Shown: piece by piece, positions 8,027-20,000 of the stretch
Position numbering within the stretch: the first letter of the stretch is position 1
Layout of the letters: the number at the start of each line of letters is the position of its first letter
Assembly (NCBI RefSeq): GCF_000009045.1
Contig: NC_000964.3
Location: 1,950,001 to 1,982,000 of the forward strand
Length of the DNA: 32,000 nt
Reading direction: 5' to 3'
DNA from: Bacillus subtilis subsp. subtilis str. 168
GTDB lineage: Bacteria; Bacillota; Bacilli; Bacillales; Bacillaceae
Made by a program: the position numbers and the translations under genes
The notes under the pieces: model-generated
Databases searched by the model: none
Told to the model about the DNA's origin: nothing
Seen by the model: the letters and a program-made list of their open reading frames with translations, nothing else

Positions 8027-9559
8027 TTATTTTGTTGTTCGTTTGGAAGCTTTGCTTTCGTTATGAAGCCGGTCTGCTGAAGTGACATAATACGTATATT
8101 TCTTGTTGGGATCTGCCGTGTTATCTAAGAAGGTTTGCTGCTCATGTGTTTTTCTTTGCGTTGCCAGCAATGTTCTCTGCTTTTTCCCTTCGGCTCTGTA
8201 TATCGCATAATAGGCTGTTTCTTTCGTTTTTTGATTTGATGGGTGATCTTTAATCTGCAGAAGATTGCCGTTTTTGTCTTCGGTGACTTTCGTAAGCTTC
8301 GGTTTTTTTGGGGCGGTATTGTCAAGCCAAGGCATTTGCGGAACCAGTGCCGGCTTGCTGTAAAGATCGGTGCTGAGACTGTCTTTGATGCCAAGCGGAT
8401 TTTTGTTGAGGTCCTTGAGGCTGAAATGCATGCTTCCTTTCACCAGTTCAAGCTGGCGGTTCAAAGTGATTTGCCGCACATATTCCTCAGGATCGGACCA
8501 AGGCGGATCAAAATTGTTATTGATTTTATATGCTGCCTGGCCAATATATAAGTGAACAGGCCTATTTTTGACTTCATTGCTCCACCAATCAGCCAGCACG
8601 TCGTAAGCCGCTGCGTTAAAGCCGATACTCCAATAAATTTGCGGAGCAATATAATCGATGTCGCCTTCTTGGATCCAATGCCTTGTGTCTGCATATAGAT
8701 CGTCATAATTTCTGACGCCTGCTTTTGTATTCGATCCGGTCGGGTCATCTGCGGCGTTTCTCCATACTCCAAAGGGACTGATGCCGAATTTGACATACGG
8801 TTTTGCAGCTTTAATTGTTTGGTTGATTTGTTTGACAAGCTGGTTCACATTGTCCCGCCGCCAGTCATCGATATTAGAAAAAGCGTCTTTTCCGTATTGT
8901 TCGTACTGTGCTTGATCAGGAAATTCCTGTCCCGCTATTTTATAAGGGTAAAAATAATCATCCATATGAACAGCATCGATATCATAATGTTTTACGACTT
9001 CTTCAATGCCTTTGACGATAAAATCTCTCGCTTCTGGAATGCCTGGATGATAATACAGCTGGTTTCCATAGGCGGCAACCCAATCTGGATGTTTTCTTGC
9101 CGGGTGATCCTCAGACAATTTATTAAGATCTGTATGATTCATTGTAATACGGTAAGGATTAAACCACGCGTGAAATTCCAAATTTCGTTTATGGGTTTCT
9201 TCAATCATAAATGCAAGAGGATCATAGCCGGGGTCCTTCCCTTGGACACCGGTTAAGTATTCCGACCAAGGCCCGTAAGCTGACGGATAAAAGGCATCAG
9301 CCGTCGGTTTAATCTGAACGATAACGGCATTCATTCCCATTTTTTGCACATCGTCCAGCAGTTTGATATACTCCTGTTTTTGCTCTTTCACAGATAACCC
9401 TTTTTTGGACGGCCAATCAATATTTAATACGGAAGCAATCCATACGGCTCTCAGCTCCCTGTCAGACTGCGCATTGGCCATAAACGGAACGGAAATGACA
9501 AACGTTCCGATGATCAAGCTGACAAGGAAACGGACAATCGACTTTTGGCAAACCTTCAT
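8027..9559 (-). CDS. yngK: Secreted glycosyl-hydrolase-like protein (GHL10 / former DUF187 type), 510 aa
   Basis: Signal peptide MKVCQKSIVRFLVSLIIGTFVISVPFMANAQS, then RELRAVWIASVLNIDWPSKKG, MGMNAVIVQIKPTADAFYPS, FHAWFNPYRI, DIDAVHMDDYFYPY, VKFGISPFGVWRN, DYIAPQIYW. Confidence 0.93.
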   Translation of the reverse strand: MKVCQKSIVRFLVSLIIGTFVISVPFMANAQSDRELRAVWIASVLNIDWPSKKGLSVKEQKQEYIKLLDDVQKMGMNAVIVQIKPTADAFYPSAYGPWSEYLTGVQGKDPGYDPLAFMIEETHKRNLEFHAWFNPYRITMNHTDLNKLSEDHPARKHPDWVAAYGNQLYYHPGIPEARDFIVKGIEEVVKHYDIDAVHMDDYFYPYKIAGQEFPDQAQYEQYGKDAFSNIDDWRRDNVNQLVKQINQTIKAAKPYVKFGISPFGVWRNAADDPTGSNTKAGVRNYDDLYADTRHWIQEGDIDYIAPQIYWSIGFNAAAYDVLADWWSNEVKNRPVHLYIGQAAYKINNNFDPPWSDPEEYVRQITLNRQLELVKGSMHFSLKDLNKNPLGIKDSLSTDLYSKPALVPQMPWLDNTAPKKPKLTKVTEDKNGNLLQIKDHPSNQKTKETAYYAIYRAEGKKQRTLLATQRKTHEQQTFLDNTADPNKKYTYYVTSADRLHNESKASKRTTK

Positions 9560-9662
9560 TCTGTTTCTTCTCCCCCATTACATCACTTTCACTATTCGCT
9601 ATTACGGTATTCCCGGGCTATAAAAGGGTGATTAACAGAATGTCTATCTCACTAAATAAACG

Positions 9663-9706
9663 AAAAAAGTCCTAAAGCATGTTGTGAACCGCTTTTAGGA
9701 CTTTTT
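9663..9706. terminator. Bidirectional-looking terminator hairpin at the 3' end of yngL
   Basis: + strand AAAAAAGTCCTAAAGC-atgttgtgaacc-GCTTTTAGGACTTTTT: ~15 bp arms with one bulge, T/A tracts on both sides. The right arm overlaps the yngL stop codon (9695-9697). Confidence 0.8.
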
Positions 9707-10087
9707 ATCATTCATCATGGTTTGCAGACTTTTTAACACATCAATAAGTTTTACGCCGACACCGACAGCCGTTTCAAGGATCGCTTGTGCTCCGGCAATG
9801 GCTAAAATAAAGATCAGCGGTATTGCAATACGAGGCAAAAAAAGATAGCCAAGTCCGATCAAGATGGCACACCAAACACCGGCACACCAGTAGCAATTGA
9901 GCATGTATCCAAAGTTAGAAGCCGGCACGCTTTTTTCATCTACATGCCCGTTTTGATCAACAATCCTTTTCTTTTTCATAAAAGGTTTTCGGATAAATTC
10001 TGTGATTTTGTCAAATACAATCAAATGTGTCAGCCTGTAACTGGCTAGAATCAGCATGATAAAAGTTAGAAAAGAAAGACGGTCCAT
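9695..10087 (-). CDS. yngL: DUF1360-type small membrane protein, 130 aa
   Basis: LILASYRLTHLIVFDKITEFIRKPF ... NCYWCAGVWCAILIGLGYLFLP ... LAIAGAQAILETAVG. GGAGG RBS 7 nt upstream of ATG. Confidence 0.92.
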   Translation of the reverse strand: MDRLSFLTFIMLILASYRLTHLIVFDKITEFIRKPFMKKKRIVDQNGHVDEKSVPASNFGYMLNCYWCAGVWCAILIGLGYLFLPRIAIPLIFILAIAGAQAILETAVGVGVKLIDVLKSLQTMMNDKKS

Positions 10088-10152
10088 TGAGAAGCCTCCA
10101 AGAAAAAGGATGATGTTATCATTCCCAAGTGTCCCTTATCCATTCTTGATAC

Positions 10153-10187
10153 AAAAAGAAAGACGGACAGAGAATGGCCTCTGTCCG
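10153..10187 (-). terminator. Terminator-like hairpin immediately downstream of ppsE
   Basis: Perfect 9 bp stem CGGACAGAG/CTCTGTCCG (10164-10172 / 10179-10187), 6 nt loop, then T-rich TCTTTCTTTTTG on the minus strand; 10 nt after the ppsE stop at 10198. Confidence 0.7.
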
Positions 10188-10197
10188 CTAATCCGCT

Positions 10198-13100
10198 TTA
10201 TCGTTTGTGCAGTATTACTTGATTTGAAGTGATCTTTTCTAAAATGTCGAGGATGATGTCGGCATTCTTTTCAGCATATGTTCCTTCCAGCATGTCTTTA
10301 TGAGCGCCAAAACCCGTGTACTCACTATAGTTTCCGCAGGCGCCTTCCCATTTCGTTAAGCCTGTATGCCCGCTGGTTTCGGGGTGGATTCCAGCTTCGA
10401 TGAAATGAATGCTTGCTTTGATGTGGCCTTCATTCAGCAATTGTGCCCAATATTCCTGATAGTTTCTTTTTTTCTTCATCACCTTTTCTCTGACTGCTTC
10501 AGGCAGATATGCTGCAGATTCGTCATTACCGGTATCGATAGGCAAAGGCTGTTCTTTTAGATAAGCGTCCACGATAATGAAGTCGCTGACTTCTAATCCT
10601 TTGCGCTCCATAGCCTGTGCCACTTCAAAAGCCAGGTTTCCGCCTGCAGAGTAGCCTAATAAAACGTATGGGCCCTCAGGCTGTATGTCCGTCATGCAAT
10701 TAACATATTGTTCAATGCGGGTGTCTTGTTCAATAAAGTGAAACCCGTATACGGCTGCCTTCTCATTCAGCAATAAAGCAAGGTCTTTAAAATAAATGCC
10801 AAATCCCGATATCGGCGGGAAGCAGAAAAGATTTTGCGCGCCGTGCTGGTTCAGTTTGATCACATGCTGTTCATTTGCTGCTGTCAGCTGTTTAGAATAA
10901 AGTTTTTCGGCAAGCTGAGCGATTGTCGGATGTTCGAACAAGAAATCAATCGGTATGTCAATGTTCTGCTGATGTTTTAGTGTATGTATGACTTGCAGTG
11001 CTCTTAGTGAATGTCCGCCAATAGCAAAGAAGTCATCATCAATACTGATTGTGTTAACACCGAGGACTTGCTTCCAAATGTTCGCCAATTCTTCTTCAAC
11101 CAAGTTTCTTGGCAATATGATGTTCTGTCGTTTGGCAGGCTTATTTTCTGGAATAGGCAGCGCGCTGCGGTCTATTTTTCCGTTTCCGGTAAGCGGCATC
11201 CGCTCCACACGCACCCAGTGCTGCGGGATCATATAGTCTGGAAGCACACGCGCCAAATCGGCGCGAAAATCCGTATCTGTTTTTTTGTGATCACCGACGT
11301 AATGAGTGTACAGCTGCGCCTCTCCATCTTTTTCTCTCAATGTCACTGCTGCTTCTTGAACGCCTTCCATTTCTAACAGGCGCGCTTCTATTTCGGCAGG
11401 CTCAATTCGTTTTCCGCGGATTTTCATTTGCCTGTCAATTCTGCTGATGTATTCTAAGTTTCCATCAGGCAGCCAGCGCGCCAAATCACCAGTACGGTAT
11501 ATTCTTTCTCCAGGCAAGAAAGGATGAGGAGAAAACACAGCATTTGTCAGATCTACTCTGTTCAAATAGCCTTTAGCGACTCCATCACCGCCAACACAAA
11601 GCTCGCCGGGAACGCCTATTGGCAAAAGACGTCCTTTTGTATCTAAGATGTAAGCGGTGCTATTACTGATTGGTTTTCCAATCGGAATCGGCCCCGCATA
11701 GTCTCTCTTCATTTCAAAAAAGGTTGAAAAAGTCGTGTTTTCCGTTGGCCCGTAAATATTATGAAGCGCGAGATCTGGACAGGCGTGTCTGACGGCATTC
11801 ATCAGGGCAGGAGAGAGTGCTTCTCCTCCGACATATAACGTATGGAGTCCGCGAAACATGTCAGCTCGTACCTGTGCCAGCTGATTAAAAAGAGCTGTCG
11901 TTAAAAATAGCACTGTAATGTCATTTTCAAGCAAATACGCTCCAAACCGATCAGGTGTCAGCATTGTCGATTTATCAATGATATGAAGGCTTGCGCCATT
12001 TAAAAGTGCCCCGAACATTTCAAAGGTGACGGCGTCAAAGCTGATAGATCCAGTCATAATAAACCGGTCATCACCGGACGCAGACGTGTAATTGCTGTTT
12101 CTGACAAGGGACACGACATTGCGATTCGTGATCATGACCCCTTTCGGCCGGCCTGTTGATCCTGAGGTATACATGATGTACGCAAGATCATCCGGGCTGG
12201 AGCTGATATTAATAGGGATATCGTTCTCTTCCATCAATCCCTGCGCATCTGAAATGATACATGTTCCTGAGAACGCAGCGTTTTGCTCCAATCCCTTTTG
12301 AACAATCAGCATTTTTGCCTGCGTTTCCTCAAGCATAAAGCTGACTCGTTCAGGCGGAAGCTCCGCATCAAGCGGGAGGTATGCTCCCCCTGCTTTTAAT
12401 ACGGCAAGCACACTGATCATGAATTCGGGAGAATGTGCAGCCAATATTCCGGCTGTCTCGTTTTTCCGAAATCCCTTTTGAATTAACTCTCTGGCGAGCG
12501 CATTAGAGCGTTTATCAAGCTCTTTATACGAAATAGACATATTGCCATACACAAGTGCGGTATGGTCTGGCGTCTTTTCTGCTTGTTCGCGAAATAAATC
12601 GATAATTGTATGATTCTTTGGATACTCCGTTTTTGTATTGTTGAACTGTGTGACAATCTGCTCTTTTTCTGTTGCATCAAGAAAAGAAAAATCAGCAATT
12701 GGCATATGAGGGTGCTGTGCAGCTGTGCTAAGCGCTTGCGTAAATTGCCTCTTGATACAGCTGATCCAGGCAGCATCGTAAACGAATGCATTATAGCTGA
12801 ACTTGATGACAAGCTCTTCGCCAGGAGCAACGACAAGATTAAAGTTATATCCTGATTGCTCGGATACTTGAACTTGATCGATTTGCAGCGGTGAATCGGT
12901 TTGATCAGCGGAATCGGCGATTTTCTGCTGTAACGGATAGTTTTCAAAGACGATAATGTGATCAATCAGTTCCTGTTTTAATGCGGTGTTTGCCTGAATA
13001 TCAAATAAAGGCTGGCAGGTAAACGGCTCAGCTTCCAGCATTTCTTTCTGGCAGCGTATGAGCAGCTCGTGAAACGTTTCGTCTTGGTGTGTTTTAATTC

Positions 13101-14037
13101 GAATCGGTATGGTATTGATAAACAACCCTATCATTTGCTCCACGCCTGGGATTTCTGACGGTCTTCCTGATACAACTGCGCCAAACACAACGTCGTCTGT
13201 GCGGTTATATTGCTGCAGCATCACACCCCAGACTGCCTGAATAAGGGTAGCGAGCGTGACGCCGTGTTGTTTGGCAGTCTCTTTCAGCTTGTCTGTCAGT
13301 GGTTTATTTAATGAAAATATCAAATCTTCACGGTGATAACTTTCTTTTGTTTCTTTATCAGACACACGAGGCAGAGGTGATGGAGCGCTGTAGTTTTTTA
13401 AATAGGTATCCCAGTAGGCCGCTGCTTTTTCTTTGTCTCGGTTTGTCAGCCATGAAATATAGGTGCTGTACGGACGGACAGGGTCTAATGAAAGCGGTTT
13501 TCCTGCATGAATCGATTGATAAATTTGCATAAATTCCTGCATAACGATACCTAGGCACCATCCGTCCATTAAAATGTGATGGTGACTCCAGATACAGACA
13601 TGCTCATCTTTAGCTGTTTTGAATAGAGAAATCCGCATCAGCATGTCTTTTTGCAGATCAAAGCCTTTTTGCTTGTCCTTCTCTTTAAAGCGTTCAATAT
13701 ACTCATTCTGGTCGTTTGTCGGCAGATGAGAAATGTCTTCGCTGTTCAAATGGAATTCACGTTCTGTCATCACGACTTGCCGAGGTCCCGACAAATGCGG
13801 GACGTGCGGCAAAAACACGGTTCTGAAAATATCATGGCGGTCGATAATGGCTTGAATGCTGCGCTGGAACCAGTCATAGCTGAGGCTTCCTTTAATGGTG
13901 AAGAGCGACTGCTCAACATACGCCCCCTCCTCTTTACGGAGGAAGGAATGAAACAGCATCCCTTCCTGCATATGACTCAGAGGATAAATGTTCTTGATTT
14001 TTTTAATGGTATTCATAGTGTCTGCACCTTTCTTCAC
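10198..14037 (-). CDS. ppsE: Plipastatin/fengycin synthetase subunit E: C-A(Ile)-T-TE, 1279 aa
   Basis: Condensation [12 protein letters not shown], adenylation [14 protein letters not shown] and [10 protein letters not shown], carrier [11 protein letters not shown], thioesterase [16 protein letters not shown] start at 14037; an RBS (AAAGGTG) placed 8 nt upstream of an internal ATG at 14016 supports a 1272 aa product as alternative. Confidence 0.95.
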
Positions 14038-14044
14038 GGATTCA

Positions 14045-17000
14045 TTAGTGAAAACTGAGCATATCAGCGATCTCTTGCAGGGCGTCCTCGGTCAGTTCTT
14101 GATCATCAAAATCACTGATCGTCTTTTCTGTTTCGCTTTTGTTCTGGCAGTGTTCGATCAGCTGTAATAAAAATTGACGGCATGTTTCGCTAAGCTGTTC
14201 GATGGTTTTGCGCTGAAAGCGGGCATTGTCATAAGTCATATTGACAGTCAATTTTCCTTCTGCAGCGATTGCGCTGATATCCAGCGACTGTTCACGGTTC
14301 CATGTTGTGCTGATATCACCTCCGGCACCCAGCGGAGAGAATGAGAAGGCGTCCTCCTCAGGTACTTCAGCTGTGCGGCCGCTTTCAAATTGACCAAGAT
14401 AATTAAAGCTGATTTCTGGTGCACCTGTGAAATTGATGTCTTTTTTGCCAGGCGGAGTCAAATATTTGATGACACCGTAGCCGAATCCTTTGTCAGGTAC
14501 ACGTCTCAGTGTATCTTTTGTTGTTTTTAGCACATGAACCATGCTTTCTTCCGAATCTGGCAAGTCTGCGTTCAGTTTAATCAATAACGGATAAATGGCG
14601 GTAAACCATCCAATCGTCCGGCTCACATCTATTCCTTTTAATACATCCTCTCGCCCGTGGCCCTCTAATGATAGTTTGAAGGCGGATTGATTGGTCCAAT
14701 GGCGCAGCGCAAGAATGACAGAAGCGAGCAGCATGTCCTGCGTATCAGTGTTATATGCGCTGTTGGCGTCTTTTAAGAGTGCTGCTGTCTCTTTATCGTT
14801 TAAGGTAAACGAAATTGTGGACCGTTGTCCCTCGTGTGCTCTAGTTCCATCGATTTGATCAAAAGGCAATGCCTCTGTTTGATACTCTTCGGCTTCGCGC
14901 CAATACTTGAGCTGTTTCATTAGCTGCTGGCTTTCAGCGTAGTCAGAGAGCTTTTTCGCATACGCTTTAAACGAGCTTGTTTTAGGCGGCAGTTTGATAT
15001 CCTCCCCGCCAGCAGCTTGGCGATACCCTAAAGCCAAATCTTCAAGCAGAACCCGCCATGAGATGCCGTCAACGACGAGGTGATGAGCAGATAAAAATAA
15101 GAAATCACCGTCAATTGTGTGGAAAAGACCGGCTTGCAGCAGCGGACCATTCTTCAAATCCATTTTCTGCTGAATATCAAGTACATGGCGCTTGATAAGA
15201 GGTTCATACGGTCTATTTCCATCAGTGCCGTCCGGAGCTGACAAATCAATCATCTGAAGGCCGTACAACGCGTCGTCCGAATGACTGAGCGGCCGATTAT
15301 ATTGATCCCACTTTCCTTGTTCATTCTGTGTAAACACCATTCGCAGCGCATCATGATGACACGTTATTGCTTTTAACGTTTTTCGCAGTGCGTCTTCTTG
15401 TACAGAGGTGCTTCGATGCAGCATTACGGACTGATTAAAATGGTGTTTTTCTTTTATATCTTGAGAAAGAAACCATTTTTGAACAGGCGACCATTGTACG
15501 TCTCCCTCAACCGCAGCTTGGCTGGAACTTGTATCTGAATCACGGATATAAGCTGCCAATTCTTGAATGGTCGGATGGCTAAACAAATCTTTCACTGCCA
15601 TTTGCTTGCCTATCCGGTGAAGCCGCGCAGATACCTGTAACGCTTTGATTGAATCTCCGCCAAGTTCAAAGAACGAATCAGCTGTTCCGATCTTTTCTGC
15701 CCCCAGTACTTCTTTCCATATATCTGCCAGTATTTGTTCCATTTTGCTGGATGGCGGGAGGAATGGACGTTCACCTTCGTGGTTGTATACAGGTTTTGGA
15801 AGTGCTCCGCGATCCAGCTTGCCGTTTGGTGACAATGGAAGTGAGTCCAGTTTTTCAATAAACGCAGGGTGCATAAACACCGGCAGCTTGTTTTGTAATT
15901 CTGAGCGTACAGCATTTGTGCTCAACCCTGGTTTTGTCACCACATAAGCGCTTAATTCGGTTTGTCCTGACGCTGTTACATGAGCAACTACTGCGGCGTC
16001 TTTTACACCCTTTATACACCGGATGACCGATTCAATTTCTTTCGTTTCTACACGGTATCCTCTGATTTTGACTTGATCATCGATTCTTCCGAGATATTCG
16101 AGTGTACCGTCGGCCATCCATCTGGCGGCGTCTCCTGTTCGGTACATTCGTGCTTCGGGTTTAAATGGATTCTGCGTGAATGCTCTCTCTGTCAGTTCTG
16201 GAAGATTAACGTACCCTCTTGCAAGCCCTGTTCCTGCTATACAAAGCTCTCCCGCAACACCGATTGGCTGAAGCTGATGATTGCTATTTAAAATCAGCAC
16301 TTGAGTTCCGTCAATCGGCTGGCCGATGCTTACGTATGCCTGCTTTTCCATATGTCTCATGACGGTAGTCGCCACGCTGTTTTCTGTCGGTCCATATTCG
16401 TTGGCGAGTTCGGTATGCGGACATATAGCTAAGCTGCGGGCGATCAATTCGCGGTCAGCCGCTTCTCCCGCCAGTGTGACGACTCTAAGCGTCTTTACAT
16501 CTTCCGGCTGCACTACGTCCAAAAGCGCTCGATATAAAACAGGCACAATAATCATATGTGTAATCCGTTGACGAGACAGCTGATGCTTAATGGCCAGAAT
16601 ATCCTTCGCTTCCTCTTCATGAAGCAAAACGGCTTTTGCACCTGACAAAAGCGGTGTAAACATACTAGTTATAAAGCCGTCAAATGAGAAAGAAAAGAGC
16701 TGCAGAATGGTATCTGTCTCGTTGAATGCATAAGCGTTTCGCCGCCACTGAAGAGTGTTAGCAATCCCTTTATGCTCGACCATTACCCCTTTTGGACGGC
16801 CCGTCGTTCCTGAAGTATAAATGATATAAGCCAAATGATGGGCAGACGACATTTGCGGCAGCGGCGATTTGTCGTCTTCCTCTACGCTTTCTATCGTCAA
16901 GATCTCTCCTTCAAAGTCAGCAAGTACTCCCAGATCCGCTTCATTTATTGTCATCAGCAGTTTCGTTCCGCTGTCGCTGAGGATATAGCGTTTCCGTTCT

Positions 17001-20000
17001 TTCGGGTATTCAGGATCAATGGGAACGTAACAGCCTCCGGCTTTCCACACACCAAGTATGGATGCTATCATACTGAACGAACGATGCATCATGATGCCTA
17101 CTGGTGTGTCCGGCTTAACACCTCGGCTGCGCAATGCACGTGCGATTCCATTGGACCACTCGTCAAGCTCCTGATAAGTGAGTGTTTTGTCTCCGCTGAC
17201 AAGTGCAGAAGCTTTTGGTGTTCGTGCAGCTTGCTGCTCAAACAATTGACTGATTGTTTGAACTCCGTATTGATTCGCTTGCCCGGTGTTAAACTCATTA
17301 AGCAGCTGGTGCCGCTCTTCTTGGGTCAGGATGTCGATATGGTTGAGTGTCACCTTCGGGTTTTTGCCGATGATGCTAAGTACATTTGTTAAATGCGATG
17401 CCCAGCGTTCAATGGTGGTTTTCTCGAACAATGCGGTTGAATATTCAAAAAGGAAATGAATGTTTCCGTCGCCCTCAGATGCCTGTAGTGTCAAATCGAA
17501 TTTAGAAACGAGATGAGAAACTTGTGCCGGCTTCATTTGCAAATCATGAAGATGCAATGGCTCGTAATCATTATTTTGAACAACTAACATCGCATCAAAC
17601 ACTGGGTTCCGGCTCATATCTCGTGTCAATTCAAGCTTATCGACAAGCTCTTCGAACGGGTAATTCTGGTGCTCAAAGGCTTCCAATGCTGTCTCACGCA
17701 CTTCCTGCAAATACTGTACGAATGGCTTCCCGCCCTCCGGGCGCGTCCGAAGCGCCAGCGTGTTCACAAACATGCCGAGTATCGGCTCAAGATCCTTGTG
17801 CGGCCGGCCGGCGATTGGCGAGCCGACGATGATATCTTCCTGTCCGCTTAAGCGTGACAAGAACGCGGTGTAAGCCGCAAGGAGCACCATGTACAGTGTG
17901 CTTCCGTTTTCTCGTGCCAGCTTGTGAAGGCCTGATGCAACCTCTGGTTCCAGCGTAAATGAGACCTTGTCACCCGCGAAGCTTCGCACCGGCGGGCGGG
18001 CATGATCAGCGGGGAGATCCAGCACAGGCAGCTCGCCCTCGAGCTGCTTCAGCCAGTACGCCTCCTGCATTTTGTACGCGTCTCCTGTTTTGAATCCTTC
18101 TTGCCATACGGCATAATCTTTATATTGAATGCGCAGCGCCGGAAGCTTCCGATTATTGTACAGCTCGCCGAATTCTTGAATCAGAATGTTGACGGAAACA
18201 CCGTCTGAAATGATGTGATGCATATCAACCAGCAATAGGTGCCGCTCATCTGATACCTTTACGATTTGGGCACGGAACAGCGGCGCTTGGCTGAGATCAA
18301 ACGGTTTGATAAATGCGGCTGCGGCCTCCTGTTCGGTTCGTGCGCCGAGAACTGTAGTCTGTAACGTAAACGGCACCTCGTCATGGATGCGCTGCACCGG
18401 ATCGCCTCCTTCGTCCTGTTCGAAGGAGGTTCGAAGCGACTCGTGGCGCTTGATCAGCTCTTGGAAAGCTCTGTCCATCCTTTCAGGGTTGAGCTTCCCT
18501 TCGAGCTCTAACACAGCCGGCATATTGTAGCCTGTCCCTCCGTCCTCCAGCTGCTGAAGGACATAAATCCGCTTTTGGGCAGAGGAAACCGGATAGGTTT
18601 CCTGTTTTTCAGCGGGCTTAATCGCTTCATATGGACTGTCCGTTCCTTCACGGATAACGGTAGCCAGTCCTTCTACCGTCGGATGGGCAAACACATCTTT
18701 TAGCGGCACCTGTACATCGAATTCTTTGGTGATCCGTGAGACAAGCGCCGTTGCTTTTAAGGAATGTCCCCCGCGGTCAAAAAAGTTGTCGTGAATCCCG
18801 ACAGGGCCATTTTTCAGCACGTCCTCCCACAGCTGAGAAAGCTTCATCTCAGTCACGTTTCTCGGCGCTGTGTAGGTCTCCGCATCTGCCGCTCCGCCAG
18901 GAGCTGGCAGGGCGTTTCGGTCGAGCTTTCCGCTTGGCGTAACCGGCCACTGTTCCATCTCTATCATATAGGCTGGGACCATGTAGCCCGGCAACAGTCT
19001 CTCAAGCTGCGCTCGGACTTCGTTTCTTTGGAGCCCTTCTACATAAGCGCATAATTCCGGCTCCCCGCTGTCTGTCCGTACGGTAACGGCCGCCTCTCTT
19101 ACACCTTCTATACTTCTTAGTGCCGCTTCAATTTCTCCCGGCTCAATCCGGTAGCCGCGGATTTTCACCTGATCATCCGTGCGCCCGAGGAATTCAACAT
19201 TCCCGTCAGGGAGCCAGCGCGCCACATCCCCGGTTTTGTACATGCGTTCACCCGGGTAAAACGGGTCTTCAAGAAAACGCTCCTCCGTTAATGCCGGCCG
19301 ATTCAAATAACCTCTGGCAACACCCGCTCCGGCTATGTACAGTTCGCCGATACATCCAACAGGCAGCATCCGCTGATTCTGATTCAGGAGATATAATCTG
19401 ACATGATGAACAGGTTTTCCAATTGGGATCCGTTCAAGTTTTTCATGCGGCGGACAATCAAAGAATGCAGCTTCTACGGTTGCTTCCGTTGGCCCATAGG
19501 AATTGGTTATTGAAACATTTGGAAGCAACTCGTAAAATCGGGAGACAAGATGGGTCCCCAGCTGTTCTCCCCCAGAAAACACTCGCTTGAGTCTGTTTGT
19601 CTTAATCGGTACAGAGCGATATTTTATATGTTCTAAAAATGCATGGAGCATTGAAGGCACAAAATGCATAGCTGTGATCTTTTGTTCTTCTATGGCCTTC
19701 GCGATCACTTCAGGTTCTTTTTCGCCTCCCTGAGGAAGCAGATAAACAGAAGCTCCGGCATAAGGCCACCAAAACAGCTCCCATATTGAAGCATCGAATG
19801 AATATGATGTTTTGTGCATAATCATATCTGAATGCTTTAGCTGATAGCGGGACTGTAGGGAATTCAAAAAATTCACCGCTGATCGATGTTCAATTTCAAC
19901 ACCCTTAGGCATCCCGGTAGAGCCGGATGTATAGATGACATAGGCTAAAGATTGCGGGAGAACATCCACATTCGGATTGGACAAACGATGTGCCAGTCCG

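Noticed and set aside
16835-17392. 185 aa plus-strand ORF antisense to ppsD module 9
   Set aside because: Opposite the A9/C9 coding sequence, with no recognisable family motif and no convincing RBS; treated as a shadow ORF.
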